Shown: positions 1 to 8,916 of the stretch, piece after piece
Layout of the letters: each line of letters starts with the position of its first letter
How positions within the stretch are numbered: position 1 is the stretch's first letter
NCBI GenBank assembly: GCA_035279545.1
Contig: DATEHM010000235.1
Location: 1-56,749, forward strand
From: a bacterium
Lineage (GTDB): Bacteria > Sysuimicrobiota > Sysuimicrobiia > Sysuimicrobiales > Segetimicrobiaceae
Length of the DNA stretch: 56,749 nucleotides
Direction: 5' to 3'
Made by a program: the position numbers and the translations under genes
The notes under the pieces: model-generated
What the model was told of the DNA's origin: nothing
The model's input: the letters and a program-made list of their open reading frames with translations, nothing else
Databases searched by the model: none

Positions 1-269
1 GATCAATCTCCAGGAGACTTCCTCTTCCTCAGCTTCACTTCTTCCGGACATTGCGTCTCACCGTCCGCGTCCTGCGCCTGGAGTAATTGTAACTCGAACA
101 CATCAGCTTCGCCACCGCGTGCAAGGGCGGCACGAGGACCGGGTGAAAGGTGAACCATCCCGCCGCTTCATGTTCACGATTGGCCCCACCGGCATCGAAA
201 CTCCGCGGGAGGCCAGGGAGGATTAGGGCGGACTGTGCCCCGACCCAGGCGGCTGTTTGGCACCGGTCC

Positions 270-1121
270 CTAGTCTTCCCCCGATCGGAACGTGGCGATC
301 GCCGCCGTCAGCATTACCACCACGGCCAGCGCGATGATCGCCACGTCGAGACCGTACGGGTGGACGACCAGGGCGCCAGCGAGCGGCGAGCCGCCGTAGA
401 CGATGCCGCGGAGCCCGTCCACCGCGTAGGTGAGCGGGTCGATGCGCGTGAGGACCGCCATCCACACCGGCAGTCCCCGCAGCGGAAAGAAGGCACCCGA
501 CAACAGCCACAGCGGCAGCACGAGAAAGTTCATGACGACCTGGAAGCCTTCCATCGTCGCCATCCGCGACGCGATGACGAGCCCCAGGCTCGTGAGCGCG
601 GCCGCCACGAGCAGCATCACGATGATCGCACCGAGAATCTGCGCGGGTCCGAGCCGCACGCCCACGATCGGCGCGAGCGCGAGCAGCAGCACGCCCTGCA
701 GCGTGGCGACGGTCGCCCCGCCGAGCACCTTCCCCGCGACGATGCTCACGCGCGCCACGGGTGCCACGAGGATCTCTTTGAGGAATCCGAACTCTCGATC
801 CCAGATGATCGAAATCGCCGAGAACATGGCGGTGAAGAGTACCGTCATGCCGAGCACGCCGGGATACATGAACCGCAGGTAGCTGAAGCCGCCCGGGACG
901 GCCGCCGAGCGGAAGCTCGCACCGAATCCGGTCCCCATGATGGCGAGATAGATCAACGGCTGGCCGAGCGCGCCGACGATGCGGGTCCGCTCGGAGACGA
1001 ACCGGATCAACTCGCGCAGCCAGATCGCGTACGCGGCGCGGAATTCGTGACGCCACCCGGCGAGTTCCGTCGCGGGCGGCAGCGGGCGCGGTGCGAGCCG
1101 GCCGGCGCCGGTGCTCAGCAT
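270..1121 (-). CDS. ABC-2 type transporter permease
   Basis: 283-aa ORF with a multi-helix hydrophobic profile and an ABC-2-like N-terminus (WRHEFRAAYAIWLRELIRF). It lies 37 nt downstream of the ATPase gene on the same strand. Confidence 0.8.
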   Translation of the reverse strand: MLSTGAGRLAPRPLPPATELAGWRHEFRAAYAIWLRELIRFVSERTRIVGALGQPLIYLAIMGTGFGASFRSAAVPGGFSYLRFMYPGVLGMTVLFTAMFSAISIIWDREFGFLKEILVAPVARVSIVAGKVLGGATVATLQGVLLLALAPIVGVRLGPAQILGAIIVMLLVAAALTSLGLVIASRMATMEGFQVVMNFLVLPLWLLSGAFFPLRGLPVWMAVLTRIDPLTYAVDGLRGIVYGGSPLAGALVVHPYGLDVAIIALAVVVMLTAAIATFRSGED

Positions 1122-1158
1122 GGGGGCCGGCGGGGTGGGCGGGCACCGAGATGTCGCA

Positions 1159-2151
1159 TCATCGCCTGCCCCATGCCCGCGCCATGGTCCGCAGACGGTC
1201 CGTCGGCGACGCCGATTCCACGCGGATGGCGTGCCCCGTCAGTTTCAGAAACACGTCGTCCAGGGTCGGGCGCTTGACCGCGACGGCGGTCACGAGCGCC
1301 GGAAACGCCGCCGCGACGCGGGGCACGAATTCGGCCCCGCGCTCCCGCTCCACGACGACCTGCCCATCCGTCACCCGTACCCCTCCCTCGAACCGGGACG
1401 CGATCTCGCGGGCAAGCGACGCCGCATCGGGCGAGGTGATCGTGATGACGTCGCCGCCGACCTGCCGGCGCAGCGCGTCCGGCGTGTCGAGCGCGACGAT
1501 TCGGCCGCCGTCGATAATCGCGATCCGGTCGCAGTGCTCGGACTCCTCGATGTAGTGCGTGGTCATGAACACCGTGACGCCCTCACGCCGCCGCAGCTCC
1601 ACCACGTACTCCCAGATGTGGTTGCGGGTCTGGAGATCCAATCCGAGCGTCGGCTCGTCGAGGAACAGCACTCTGGGTTCGTGCATGAGGCCGCGCGCGA
1701 TCTCCAGCCGGCGCTGCATCCCGCCGGAATAGGTCGCCACGCGCGAGCGCCGGCGCTCGGTGAGTTCGACCATGGCCAACACCTCGGCCAGCCGCGTCTC
1801 CACCTCCCGGGACGGTACGCCGTAGAGCATGGCGTGAAACCTGAGATTCTGTTCGGCCGTCAGACGGTTGTCGAGGCTGTGATCCTGAAAGACGATACCC
1901 ATCGACCGCCGCACGTCCCCGGGCCGCGCAACGATGTCGTAGCCGGCAAGCGCCGCGCGGCCCGCCGTGGGGCGCAGCAGGGTCGCCAGCATCTTGATCG
2001 TGGTCGTCTTGCCGGCGCCGTTCGGCCCGAGGAAGCCGAAGATCTCCCCGGCCGCCACCGAGAACGACACGCCCCGGACGGCCTCGACGTCTCCGAACCG
2101 CTTCGTCAGCTCATCGACCTCGATGATTGGCGCCAGCATCGATCCCTCCAT
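1159..2151 (-). CDS. ABC transporter ATP-binding protein (DrrA/ABC-2 exporter type)
   Basis: Walker A GPNGAGKTTT, ABC signature SGGMQRRLEIARGL and Walker B LFLDEPTLGLD. ATG 2139, preceded by GGAGGG, is an alternative start. Confidence 0.9.
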   Translation of the reverse strand: MEGSMLAPIIEVDELTKRFGDVEAVRGVSFSVAAGEIFGFLGPNGAGKTTTIKMLATLLRPTAGRAALAGYDIVARPGDVRRSMGIVFQDHSLDNRLTAEQNLRFHAMLYGVPSREVETRLAEVLAMVELTERRRSRVATYSGGMQRRLEIARGLMHEPRVLFLDEPTLGLDLQTRNHIWEYVVELRRREGVTVFMTTHYIEESEHCDRIAIIDGGRIVALDTPDALRRQVGGDVITITSPDAASLAREIASRFEGGVRVTDGQVVVERERGAEFVPRVAAAFPALVTAVAVKRPTLDDVFLKLTGHAIRVESASPTDRLRTMARAWGRR

Positions 2152-2198
2152 TTAGACTCGCGACGCTCAGCACCGCCGCAATTCCGCGCCGCGCCCCT

Positions 2199-2230
2199 AA
2201 ACGACAACGGCGGGGATGTCACCCCCGCCC
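2199..2230 (-). terminator. Candidate intrinsic terminator after thiD
   Basis: Minus-strand hairpin GGCGGGG-N7-CCCCGCC followed by GUUGUCGUUU, about 100 nt after the thiD stop. The U-tract is interrupted. Confidence 0.4.
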
Positions 2231-2332
2231 TCTTCTTACCTTAAACGTCGACCGCAGCACCGGACATTCCCCCGTCCGCACCGGGAGCCCTCCGGTCCGG
2301 CCGCCCGCGGCGTCGACCGGAAGGGGCTCGAC

Positions 2333-3145
2333 CTAGGCCCCCGGGGCGACGCCGGGCCAGGGCGTCGCGGAGTGCATCGGGTTGGCGGGACCGTGTCCGG
2401 AGCCGATCGCCAGCGCCTCCTCGATGGCCCGGGTGATGAAGCGCTTGGCATTCCGGATCGCCACGGCGGCCGGGAGGCCGCGGGCCAATCCGGCCGTGAT
2501 CGCCGCGGAGAATACGCACCCGGTGCCGTGGGTGTGCTCGGTGTCGATCCGCGGCACGGCGAGGCGTTCGCTTCGCTCGCCGTCGAAGACCACGTCCACG
2601 GCGGCCCCTTCCAGATGGCCGCCCTTGACCACGACGTAGCGCGGGCCGAGGGCGTGCAGCTCCCGCGCCACTTCCTCCATCTCCTCGAGCGTCCGCACCG
2701 GCCGGTTGAGCAGCGCCCCCGCTTCGTAGAGGTTGGGCGTGACGACGAGGGCCAGCGGCAGCAGGACCCGCCGCAGGGCGTCGCACGCCTCCGGCCGCAG
2801 CAGCGGCGCACCCCCCTTCGCGATCATGACGGGGTCGACCACCAGGGCGGTGATCCGGTGACTCTGGAGCGCGTCGGCGACCGCCTCGATGATCGGCGCG
2901 CTTGAGAGCATTCCGGTCTTCGCCGCATCCACCCCGATGTCGCCGATGACGGCATCGATCTGCTGGCGCACAAACGCCGGGGTCATTTCGACGATCGCCG
3001 CGACCCCGGTGGTGTTTTGGGCCGTCAGCGCGGTGACGGCCGTCATGCCGAACACACCGAGCGCGGAGAACGTCTTGAGGTCGGCCTGGATCCCCGCGCC
3101 GCCGCCCGAGTCAGACCCCGCAATGGACAGCCCCCTCGGGATCAT
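2333..3145 (-). CDS. thiD: Hydroxymethylpyrimidine/phosphomethylpyrimidine kinase
   Basis: Motifs [25 protein letters not shown] and HTHGTGC. The start is trimmed from track ORF 3226 to ATG 3145, 5 nt after the thiL stop. Confidence 0.9.
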   Translation of the reverse strand: MIPRGLSIAGSDSGGGAGIQADLKTFSALGVFGMTAVTALTAQNTTGVAAIVEMTPAFVRQQIDAVIGDIGVDAAKTGMLSSAPIIEAVADALQSHRITALVVDPVMIAKGGAPLLRPEACDALRRVLLPLALVVTPNLYEAGALLNRPVRTLEEMEEVARELHALGPRYVVVKGGHLEGAAVDVVFDGERSERLAVPRIDTEHTHGTGCVFSAAITAGLARGLPAAVAIRNAKRFITRAIEEALAIGSGHGPANPMHSATPWPGVAPGA

Positions 3146-3150
3146 CGCCG

Positions 3151-4164
3151 TCACCGCCCCGCCTGAAAGTGATCCCACCCCTGGGCGGCCAACGGCCGCG
3201 GGTGGCCGTCGGGGCCCTGAATCCACCGCCCGGCGGGTGCCGGCAGGATCTCCCCGATGCGGGTGAGCGTCACGGCGATCTGCCGGGCGATCCGCGGGGC
3301 CTCGGCGTCGAACGCCGGCCCCGCCGTGAACAGGAGTTCATAGTCCTCGCCGCCGCCGAGGGCCCACGCGCGCGGGTCGATCCCCGCCGCCTGCGCGACG
3401 GGCCCGAGGCCGTCCGCGAGCGGCAGTCGCTCTTCGTCGAGCCGCACGCCGACCCCCGAGGCCTCGACGAGGTGCAGCAGGTCGCTGGCCGTTCCGTCGC
3501 TGGTGTCGATCATCGCGTCCGGCCCGAGCGTGCTCAGGACTCTGCCGGCGCCCACGCGGGGACTGGGGCGGCGGTACGCCCGCTCCAGCGCCGCCCTCTG
3601 CGGAACCTGGATCTCGGGATGCTGGAGGAGGAACCGCCCGGCCGCCGCCTTCCCCAGGGACCCGGTCACCCACACCCCGTCCCCCGGCCTGGCGCCCGAG
3701 CGGGTGACGGCGTGCGGCGCTTCGCCGAGCAACGCGACGTCGATGACGAGCGGGCCATCGGTCGCGGAGACGTTTCCGCCGACGATGGAGACGGCGTGGG
3801 CCCGCGCGGCGTCGGCGATCCCCCGGTACAGATCCTCCACCATGGCGAGGGCGGCATCCGACGGCAGCACCAGCGAGATCAGCGCGTGGCGTGGCGTGCC
3901 TCCCATCCCCGCCACATCGCTCAGGTTCACGGCGAGGGCTCGCCAGCCGACGTCGGCGGGCGGGCAGAGCGCCCAGGTGAAATGGACCCCCTCCACCTGA
4001 CTGTCGCAGGTCGCCACGACGGGATGGGAGAACTGCAGGACCGCCGCGTCATCGCCGATCCCGAGGACCACCCCGGGCCCGGTGGTGGGGACGAGCCGGC
4101 GCAGCCGGTCGATCAGGACGAACTCCCCCACCGAGGCGATGGAATTATCCGGTGTGTGCGGCAT
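3151..4164 (-). CDS. thiL: Thiamine-monophosphate kinase
   Basis: PurM-fold ThiL motifs [28 protein letters not shown] and LVGGN-like IVGGNVS. It overlaps the thiE 3-prime end by 20 nt. Confidence 0.9.
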   Translation of the reverse strand: MPHTPDNSIASVGEFVLIDRLRRLVPTTGPGVVLGIGDDAAVLQFSHPVVATCDSQVEGVHFTWALCPPADVGWRALAVNLSDVAGMGGTPRHALISLVLPSDAALAMVEDLYRGIADAARAHAVSIVGGNVSATDGPLVIDVALLGEAPHAVTRSGARPGDGVWVTGSLGKAAAGRFLLQHPEIQVPQRAALERAYRRPSPRVGAGRVLSTLGPDAMIDTSDGTASDLLHLVEASGVGVRLDEERLPLADGLGPVAQAAGIDPRAWALGGGEDYELLFTAGPAFDAEAPRIARQIAVTLTRIGEILPAPAGRWIQGPDGHPRPLAAQGWDHFQAGR

Positions 4165-4780
4165 CGACCTCCCTCCGAATCCGGCGAACCGCCGCGGCGA
4201 TGTCCTCCGCGGTGGTGGCGGCGGTGATGACGGCCACTCCCTGCGCTCCGGCGCGGATCACCGCCGCCGCGGTGTCCGCCGTGATTCCCCCGGTGCCGAT
4301 CAGCGGCAGCCGGACCACCCGGCGGAGCTCGCGGAGGCGGTCGAGGCCGACCGGCGCGCCGGCGTCGGCCTTGGTGGCGGTGGCGTAGATCGCCCCGACC
4401 CCCAGGTAGTCCGCGCCCGCCCGTTCGGCCGCCACGGCCTCCTCGGCGGTGGCGGCGGAGATCCCGATCACCGCGCCCGGCCCCATCATCGCCCGCACCT
4501 CCCGGGCCGGCAGGTCATCCTGGCCGATGTGGACCCCGTCCGCCCCGGCGATCATCGCGACATCGGCCCGATCGTTGATGACAAACGTGACCCCGGCGGC
4601 GCGGCAGAGGGGGAGGATCTCCCGCGCCGCGTCCACGATCCGGCGGGCCGGTTCGTCTTTCATCCGCAGCTGCACGATCGTCGCCCCGCCCCGGATCGCC
4701 GCCTCGGCGATCTCCCGGTGGGATCGTCCCCGGCTCGTCTGGGTGTCGGTGATCACGCACACCCGCCAGTCCCGCGTCAT
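4145..4780 (-). CDS. thiE: Thiamine-phosphate synthase
   Basis: Motifs VQLRMKD, FVINDRADVA, GADGVHIGQDD, GVGAIYATATK and IGTGGI. The start is trimmed to ATG 4780, which forms an ATGA overlap with the thiM stop (4777-4780). The upstream part of the track ORF is an Arg-rich shadow. Confidence 0.9.
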   Translation of the reverse strand: MTRDWRVCVITDTQTSRGRSHREIAEAAIRGGATIVQLRMKDEPARRIVDAAREILPLCRAAGVTFVINDRADVAMIAGADGVHIGQDDLPAREVRAMMGPGAVIGISAATAEEAVAAERAGADYLGVGAIYATATKADAGAPVGLDRLRELRRVVRLPLIGTGGITADTAAAVIRAGAQGVAVITAATTAEDIAAAVRRIRREVDAAHTG

Positions 4781-5583
4781 TCGCGCCTGACCCGGGCGCA
4801 CCGCACGGCCGCGGCCCCATCCAGGTCGCTCAGGGCGTCCAGCAGGGCCGCGCGAAACGTGCCGGGGCCGGCGCTGCGCTGCGCCGCGCATTCGGCGGCG
4901 ACCTCGAACCAGACCAGCCCGGCGGTCGCCGCGGCGAGGGCATCGGGTTCGACGGCGGCGACGGCGGCGATGCATGCGGTCGCCATGCACCCGCTCCCCG
5001 AGATGCGGGCCAGCCAGGGGTGCCCGTTGGCGATGCGCACGGTCGCGGCGCCGTCGGTGAGCAGATCCTCGACCCCGGTGGCGGCGACCGTGGCCCCGTT
5101 GCTTGCCGCCAGCCGCCGGCTCAGCGCGCCGATGCCCTCGATCACCCCCGCGGTGTCCACCCCCCGCACGTGGCCGGCTAGCCCCGCCAGCGCGGCGATC
5201 TCCCCCGCGTTGCCGCGAATGCAGGCGCACCGGATTTCCGCCAGCAGGCGCCGGATCTGCGCGGACCGGAACGCCGTCCCGCCCACCCCCACCGGGTCCA
5301 GGATCACCGGCACCCCGCGCTGGTTGGCCCGCCGGCCCGCCCGCAGCATCAGGTCGGCGATCTCGCGGGTCAGGGTGCCGGTGTTGAGGACGAGGGCGGC
5401 CGCTTGGCCGGCCACCTCTTCCACTTCCTCCGGCGCTCGCGCCATCACCGGGGCGGCGCCGACGGCCGCGGTGACGTTCGCCACGTCGTTGATCGTGACG
5501 ATGTTGGTGATGTGGTGGACGAGTGGCCGGGCGCTGCGGACACGGGCCATCAGCGCGGCGACGCCCTCGACGGCGCGGGTCAC
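4777..5583 (-). CDS. thiM: Hydroxyethylthiazole kinase
   Basis: Motifs PLVHHITNIVTINDVANVTAAVGAAPVMA, NTGTL, LDPVGVG, IRGNAGEI and GSGCM. Start placed at GTG 5583; ATG 5550 is the alternative. Confidence 0.88.
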   Translation of the reverse strand: MTRAVEGVAALMARVRSARPLVHHITNIVTINDVANVTAAVGAAPVMARAPEEVEEVAGQAAALVLNTGTLTREIADLMLRAGRRANQRGVPVILDPVGVGGTAFRSAQIRRLLAEIRCACIRGNAGEIAALAGLAGHVRGVDTAGVIEGIGALSRRLAASNGATVAATGVEDLLTDGAATVRIANGHPWLARISGSGCMATACIAAVAAVEPDALAAATAGLVWFEVAAECAAQRSAGPGTFRAALLDALSDLDGAAAVRCARVRRE

Positions 5584-5876
5584 CTCGGGCGGCCTTCCCT
5601 CGGGCGGGTCGCCCACCGGTGGAGCCAGTGGCGCAGGCGAAGGCGCAGATCGACCCGCTCCACGGCCCGGCGCATCGCCTCGGTGGTCACGGCATCGCGC
5701 CGGTAGCGGATGCGCACCTCCTTGGTCGCCAGGTTCACCTGGGCGTCGACCACTCCGGGGAGCTCCTCCAGAGCCCCCACCACGCGCCGCGCTCAGAGGC
5801 GGCAGAGGATGCGGTCCGCCCGGATCACGGTCGTCGCGATCTCTCCGCCCGCCCCGGTCACGACTGCGCGGCCCAT
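5580..5876 (-). CDS. HMA (heavy-metal-associated) domain ORF with an in-frame TGA at 5793-5795: candidate CxxU selenoprotein or pseudogene
   Basis: A single frame reads MGRAVVTGAGGEIATTVIRADRILCRL-TGA-ARRVVGALEELPGVVDAQVNLATKEVRIRYRRDAVTTEAMRRAVERVD... This matches the HMA pattern GMTCxxC / xxVexaLxxlxGV / VxVNLA, with the TGA at the second Cys position. The start overlaps the thiW end by 19 nt, and the stop overlaps the thiM GTG (GTGA). A hairpin lies at 5758-5778, 14 nt after the TGA. Confidence 0.5.
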
Positions 5877-6388
5877 CCGCCGACAGCCGGGACGCGGCGC
5901 AGCGCCCGGATGACCACGAACCCCAGCACCGCGCCCGGGATGCTGCTGGAGAGAAAAGCGATCTGAAACCACCAGAGGGTGTGGTGGGACCCGACCAGCG
6001 GCTGGAAGAACCACGCCGCCAGGGTCGCGCCGATGGGGCCCGTCCCGATCGGCTCGCAGAGGGCGGCGGCGTCCGAGCGCAACAGGCGGTAGGCGTACCC
6101 GACGACCAGAGCGCCGAAGGGGCTGCCCGGGAAGGCGAAGAGCGATCCCCATCCCAGGCTGTGGCGGAGGAAGGCGGTGACCAGCGCCGCGGCGGCCGCG
6201 TACCAGGGGCCGACCAGGATCCCGGCGATGGCGTTGATGGTGTGCTGGAACGGCGCCACCCGCGTGGGGCCCACGGGGATGCTGAGCGACCCGAGAAGCG
6301 TCGCCAGCCCGGCGAACATCGCGGCAAGGACGAGCCGCCTGAGGTGCTGACTTCGGTCCCGATCCCGAACCCCCGTCATACCGGCCAC
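5858..6388 (-). CDS. thiW: ThiW-like ECF S-component (putative thiazole precursor transporter)
   Basis: 176-aa protein with several TM helices and the motif PFQHTINAIAGILVGPWY, which matches the ThiW family as I recall it. It sits between tenA and thiM. Confidence 0.7.
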   Translation of the reverse strand: MAGMTGVRDRDRSQHLRRLVLAAMFAGLATLLGSLSIPVGPTRVAPFQHTINAIAGILVGPWYAAAAALVTAFLRHSLGWGSLFAFPGSPFGALVVGYAYRLLRSDAAALCEPIGTGPIGATLAAWFFQPLVGSHHTLWWFQIAFLSSSIPGAVLGFVVIRALRRVPAVGGWAAQS

Positions 6389-7044
6389 TCCTCCATCCGA
6401 TCCGACATCTCCCAGAACAGGTACTCATAGCGCTGGCTCTGCAGATACACGTCCCGCAGCGCCGCCTTCCGGTCTTCCGATGGATCCGGCGCCATCCGGT
6501 CCAGGAGCTCCGCGGCCCACGCGGCGAACGCCTCGTACTCCTCCGTGGTATAGAGGCGGATCCAGTCGGCGTAGAGGGGGTGGCCGTCCCAGCCGTCGCG
6601 CGTGCGCAGGGCGGTGGCGATCTCCCAGTAGCCGTGCGCGCACGGGAGGATCGCCGCCAGGATCGCCGCCAGGTCCCCGGTCTCGGCCGCAACCCGCAGG
6701 TGGTTGGTGTAGGCCACGGTCGTGGGCGCGGGTTCGGCGTCGTCCAGCGCCTCGGGGGCGATTCCGGCCCTCCAGGCCAACTGGCGGTGCAGGTCCATCT
6801 CCGCGTTCAGGGTCAGACTGAGCAGGTCGGCGAACCGTGCGGCCACGGCGAGCTCCGGCGCCCGCGCCGCGGCCAGGGCCAGCACGCGGCAGTACTGGAT
6901 CAGAAACAGGTAGTCCTGCTTCAGGTAGAACTGAAACCGCTCCTCCGGAAGGGTGCCGTCGCCCAGCCTCCGCACGAACGGGTGCGAGAGGATGCGCGCG
7001 CGCAGCGGCGCCGCGGCGTCCTGGAGGTGCGCGAAGAGGCTCAT
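6376..7044 (-). CDS. tenA: Aminopyrimidine aminohydrolase / thiaminase II (TenA family)
   Basis: TenA/PqqC-fold motifs HPFVRRLGDGTLPEERFQFYLKQDYLFL, the active-site Cys context ILPCAHGYWEI, and YEYLFWEM. Confidence 0.88.
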   Translation of the reverse strand: MSLFAHLQDAAAPLRARILSHPFVRRLGDGTLPEERFQFYLKQDYLFLIQYCRVLALAAARAPELAVAARFADLLSLTLNAEMDLHRQLAWRAGIAPEALDDAEPAPTTVAYTNHLRVAAETGDLAAILAAILPCAHGYWEIATALRTRDGWDGHPLYADWIRLYTTEEYEAFAAWAAELLDRMAPDPSEDRKAALRDVYLQSQRYEYLFWEMSDRMEEWPV

Positions 7045-7075
7045 CCGGCCGCCGCCGGGGCCCGCGCTTCGGCCG

Positions 7076-8053
7076 TCATCGGATCAGGTTGGTATAGAGC
7101 TGGTCGACGGGCACGGCCGGCGAGATGACCTTGTGCGCCGCCAGCCACCGATCGAAGGCGTCCCATCGCGCGCCGGCCTGGCCTTGGGACCGCGCGTAGT
7201 ACGGCAGCGTGGCGCGGAACGACCGGCGGTTGAACTCGTCGTTGATCTTGGGGTTCTCGCGGATGTTGGCCCGGACGTAGTCCGCAAACGCCGCATCCGG
7301 GGACGCCACGGTGAACGCGATTCCCCGGGACACCGCGCGGACGAACCGCTCCAGCGCCGGCCGGCGCCGGGCCAGTTGCTGGTCGCTCGCGATCAGCACG
7401 AGTTCGTAGAAGCTGGGCACCCCGTACCGCTCCAGCTCGAACATCCCCACCGCCTGACCCTGCAGCTCGATCTGCACGCGCTCGACGTTCCGGTACGCGC
7501 CCACCACCGCGTCGACCTTGCGGGTGAGCAGGGCGGGAACGAGATCGAACGAGACGTTGACCATCTTGACGTTGGACTCCGCCGCCCCGTCGCTGTGCAT
7601 GATCTGGTCGATGTAGGCGTCTTCCAGGCCGGTGACCGAGAAGCCGACCCGTTTGCCGACGAGATCCTTCGGGGAGTGAATGCCGGTGCGCTTGAGGAAC
7701 ATCACCGTGTTCAGCGGTTGGCCGATCAGGAGGCCGATGCTCCGGATGGGAAGGCCCTGCGCGCGGGCCAGGATCAGATTGGGTTCGTAGTTGACCGCCA
7801 CGTCGACGCGGCCGGCGGCGGTCAACTTCAATGGGTCGTCCGGGTTGGCCGGGACCTGCATCGCCACGCGCAGGCCCTCCTGCGCGAAATACCCTTCCTG
7901 CTGCGCCGCGTACAGCGGCACGTGGTCGGGGTTGGGGAACCAGTCCAGCATGAACGTGATCGGCATCGGGACCGCCGTCCCCCCCGCGGCGGCCGCGGTC
8001 CCCACGACCGCCGCCAGCGCGATCAGCGCCGCCCCCCAGCGTCTTCCCAGCAT
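7076..8053 (-). CDS. thiY: ABC transporter substrate-binding protein, NMT1/THI5-like (ThiY-type pyrimidine-precursor binding)
   Basis: Signal peptide MLGRRWGAALIALAAVVGTAAAAG plus the motif FMLDWFPNPDHVPLYAAQQEGYF. The gene name is given by operon context. Confidence 0.75.
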   Translation of the reverse strand: MLGRRWGAALIALAAVVGTAAAAGGTAVPMPITFMLDWFPNPDHVPLYAAQQEGYFAQEGLRVAMQVPANPDDPLKLTAAGRVDVAVNYEPNLILARAQGLPIRSIGLLIGQPLNTVMFLKRTGIHSPKDLVGKRVGFSVTGLEDAYIDQIMHSDGAAESNVKMVNVSFDLVPALLTRKVDAVVGAYRNVERVQIELQGQAVGMFELERYGVPSFYELVLIASDQQLARRRPALERFVRAVSRGIAFTVASPDAAFADYVRANIRENPKINDEFNRRSFRATLPYYARSQGQAGARWDAFDRWLAAHKVISPAVPVDQLYTNLIR

Positions 8054-8064
8054 CGTTCCCCTCC

Positions 8065-8916
8065 TCAGCTAGCGCTCCGAGGTCCCGCCCGGCGCCACGG
8101 GAGCACGAGCCATTCGACCCCCGAGACGGCCAGGAACAGCCCGACGGCCATCACGCTCAGACAGACGATGGCCGCAAACACCAGGTCGATTTGAAGTTGG
8201 GCGTTGGCGTGGATCATCAGGAACCCCAACCCCTGCGTGGCGCCGACCCATTCCCCGATCACGGCGCCGATCACGCTCGTCGCGACCGCGATGCGAACCC
8301 CCGAGAATACGAACGGGAGGGCGGCCGGGGCGCGGATCTTGAACAGGACCTGCGCGGGGGTGGCGCCGAGGATGCGCAGGAGGTTGACGGCGTCCGGATC
8401 GGCTGCGCGCAGGCCGTCGACGGTGTTCACCACGATCGGGAAGAAGACGATCAGCGCCGTCATCGCGATCTTGGAGAGCATTCCGTATCCCAGCCAGACG
8501 ATGAGCAGGGGCGCGATCGCGAACACCGGGATCGTCTGGCTGGCGATGATCAGTGGGTAGACCCCCCGTTCGACCAGGCGGGAGGAGAAGATCAAGAGCG
8601 CGAGAGCGGTCCCCACGACCGCGGCGATCGCAAACCCCAGGAAGATCTCCTCCAGGGTCACGGCGGCCTCTCCCAGCAGCAGCCCGCCGTCCGTGATGAG
8701 CAGCCGGGCGATCCGCGACGGCGCGGGCAGGATGTAGAACGGGATCCCAAACGCTCGGACCCCCCACTCCCAGGCGGCGACGAAGGCCGCGAGCAGCAGG
8801 GTTGGGGGGCCGGCGCGATCGATCACCCGCCTGATCGACGCCCATCCCGCAGCGCCCGCTGCGGGGCGATCCCCCCGCACCTCGATCGACCCCTGGGGGA
8901 GCGGCGCCGCCCTCAC
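8065..8916 (-). CDS. thiX: ABC transporter permease (NitT/TauT family, ThiX-type)
   Basis: Multi-TM permease with an EAA-like loop NLLRILGATPAQVLFKIRAPAALP. GTG 8916 overlaps the thiZ stop (GTGA). Confidence 0.75.
   Translation of the reverse strand: MRAAPLPQGSIEVRGDRPAAGAAGWASIRRVIDRAGPPTLLLAAFVAAWEWGVRAFGIPFYILPAPSRIARLLITDGGLLLGEAAVTLEEIFLGFAIAAVVGTALALLIFSSRLVERGVYPLIIASQTIPVFAIAPLLIVWLGYGMLSKIAMTALIVFFPIVVNTVDGLRAADPDAVNLLRILGATPAQVLFKIRAPAALPFVFSGVRIAVATSVIGAVIGEWVGATQGLGFLMIHANAQLQIDLVFAAIVCLSVMAVGLFLAVSGVEWLVLPWRRAGPRSAS

Noticed and set aside
1-51. Possible minus-strand ORF start (ATG at 49-51, reading MSGRSEAEEEEVSWRLI) running off the left edge
   Set aside because: Only 17 codons are visible, with no motif and no clear SD. 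That is insufficient evidence.
4082-6430. 782-aa plus-strand ORF, the longest in this part of the track
   Set aside because: It is antisense to thiE, thiM, the HMA ORF and thiW, which all carry clear family motifs. Its translation is Arg/Pro/Gly/Ala-rich low complexity, which is typical of shadow ORFs in GC-rich DNA.
5793-6692. 299-aa minus-strand ORF overlapping thiW and tenA
   Set aside because: It is an alternative-frame shadow over two well-supported genes. Only its last 27 codons (from ATG 5876) make biological sense, as the N-terminus of the HMA ORF.
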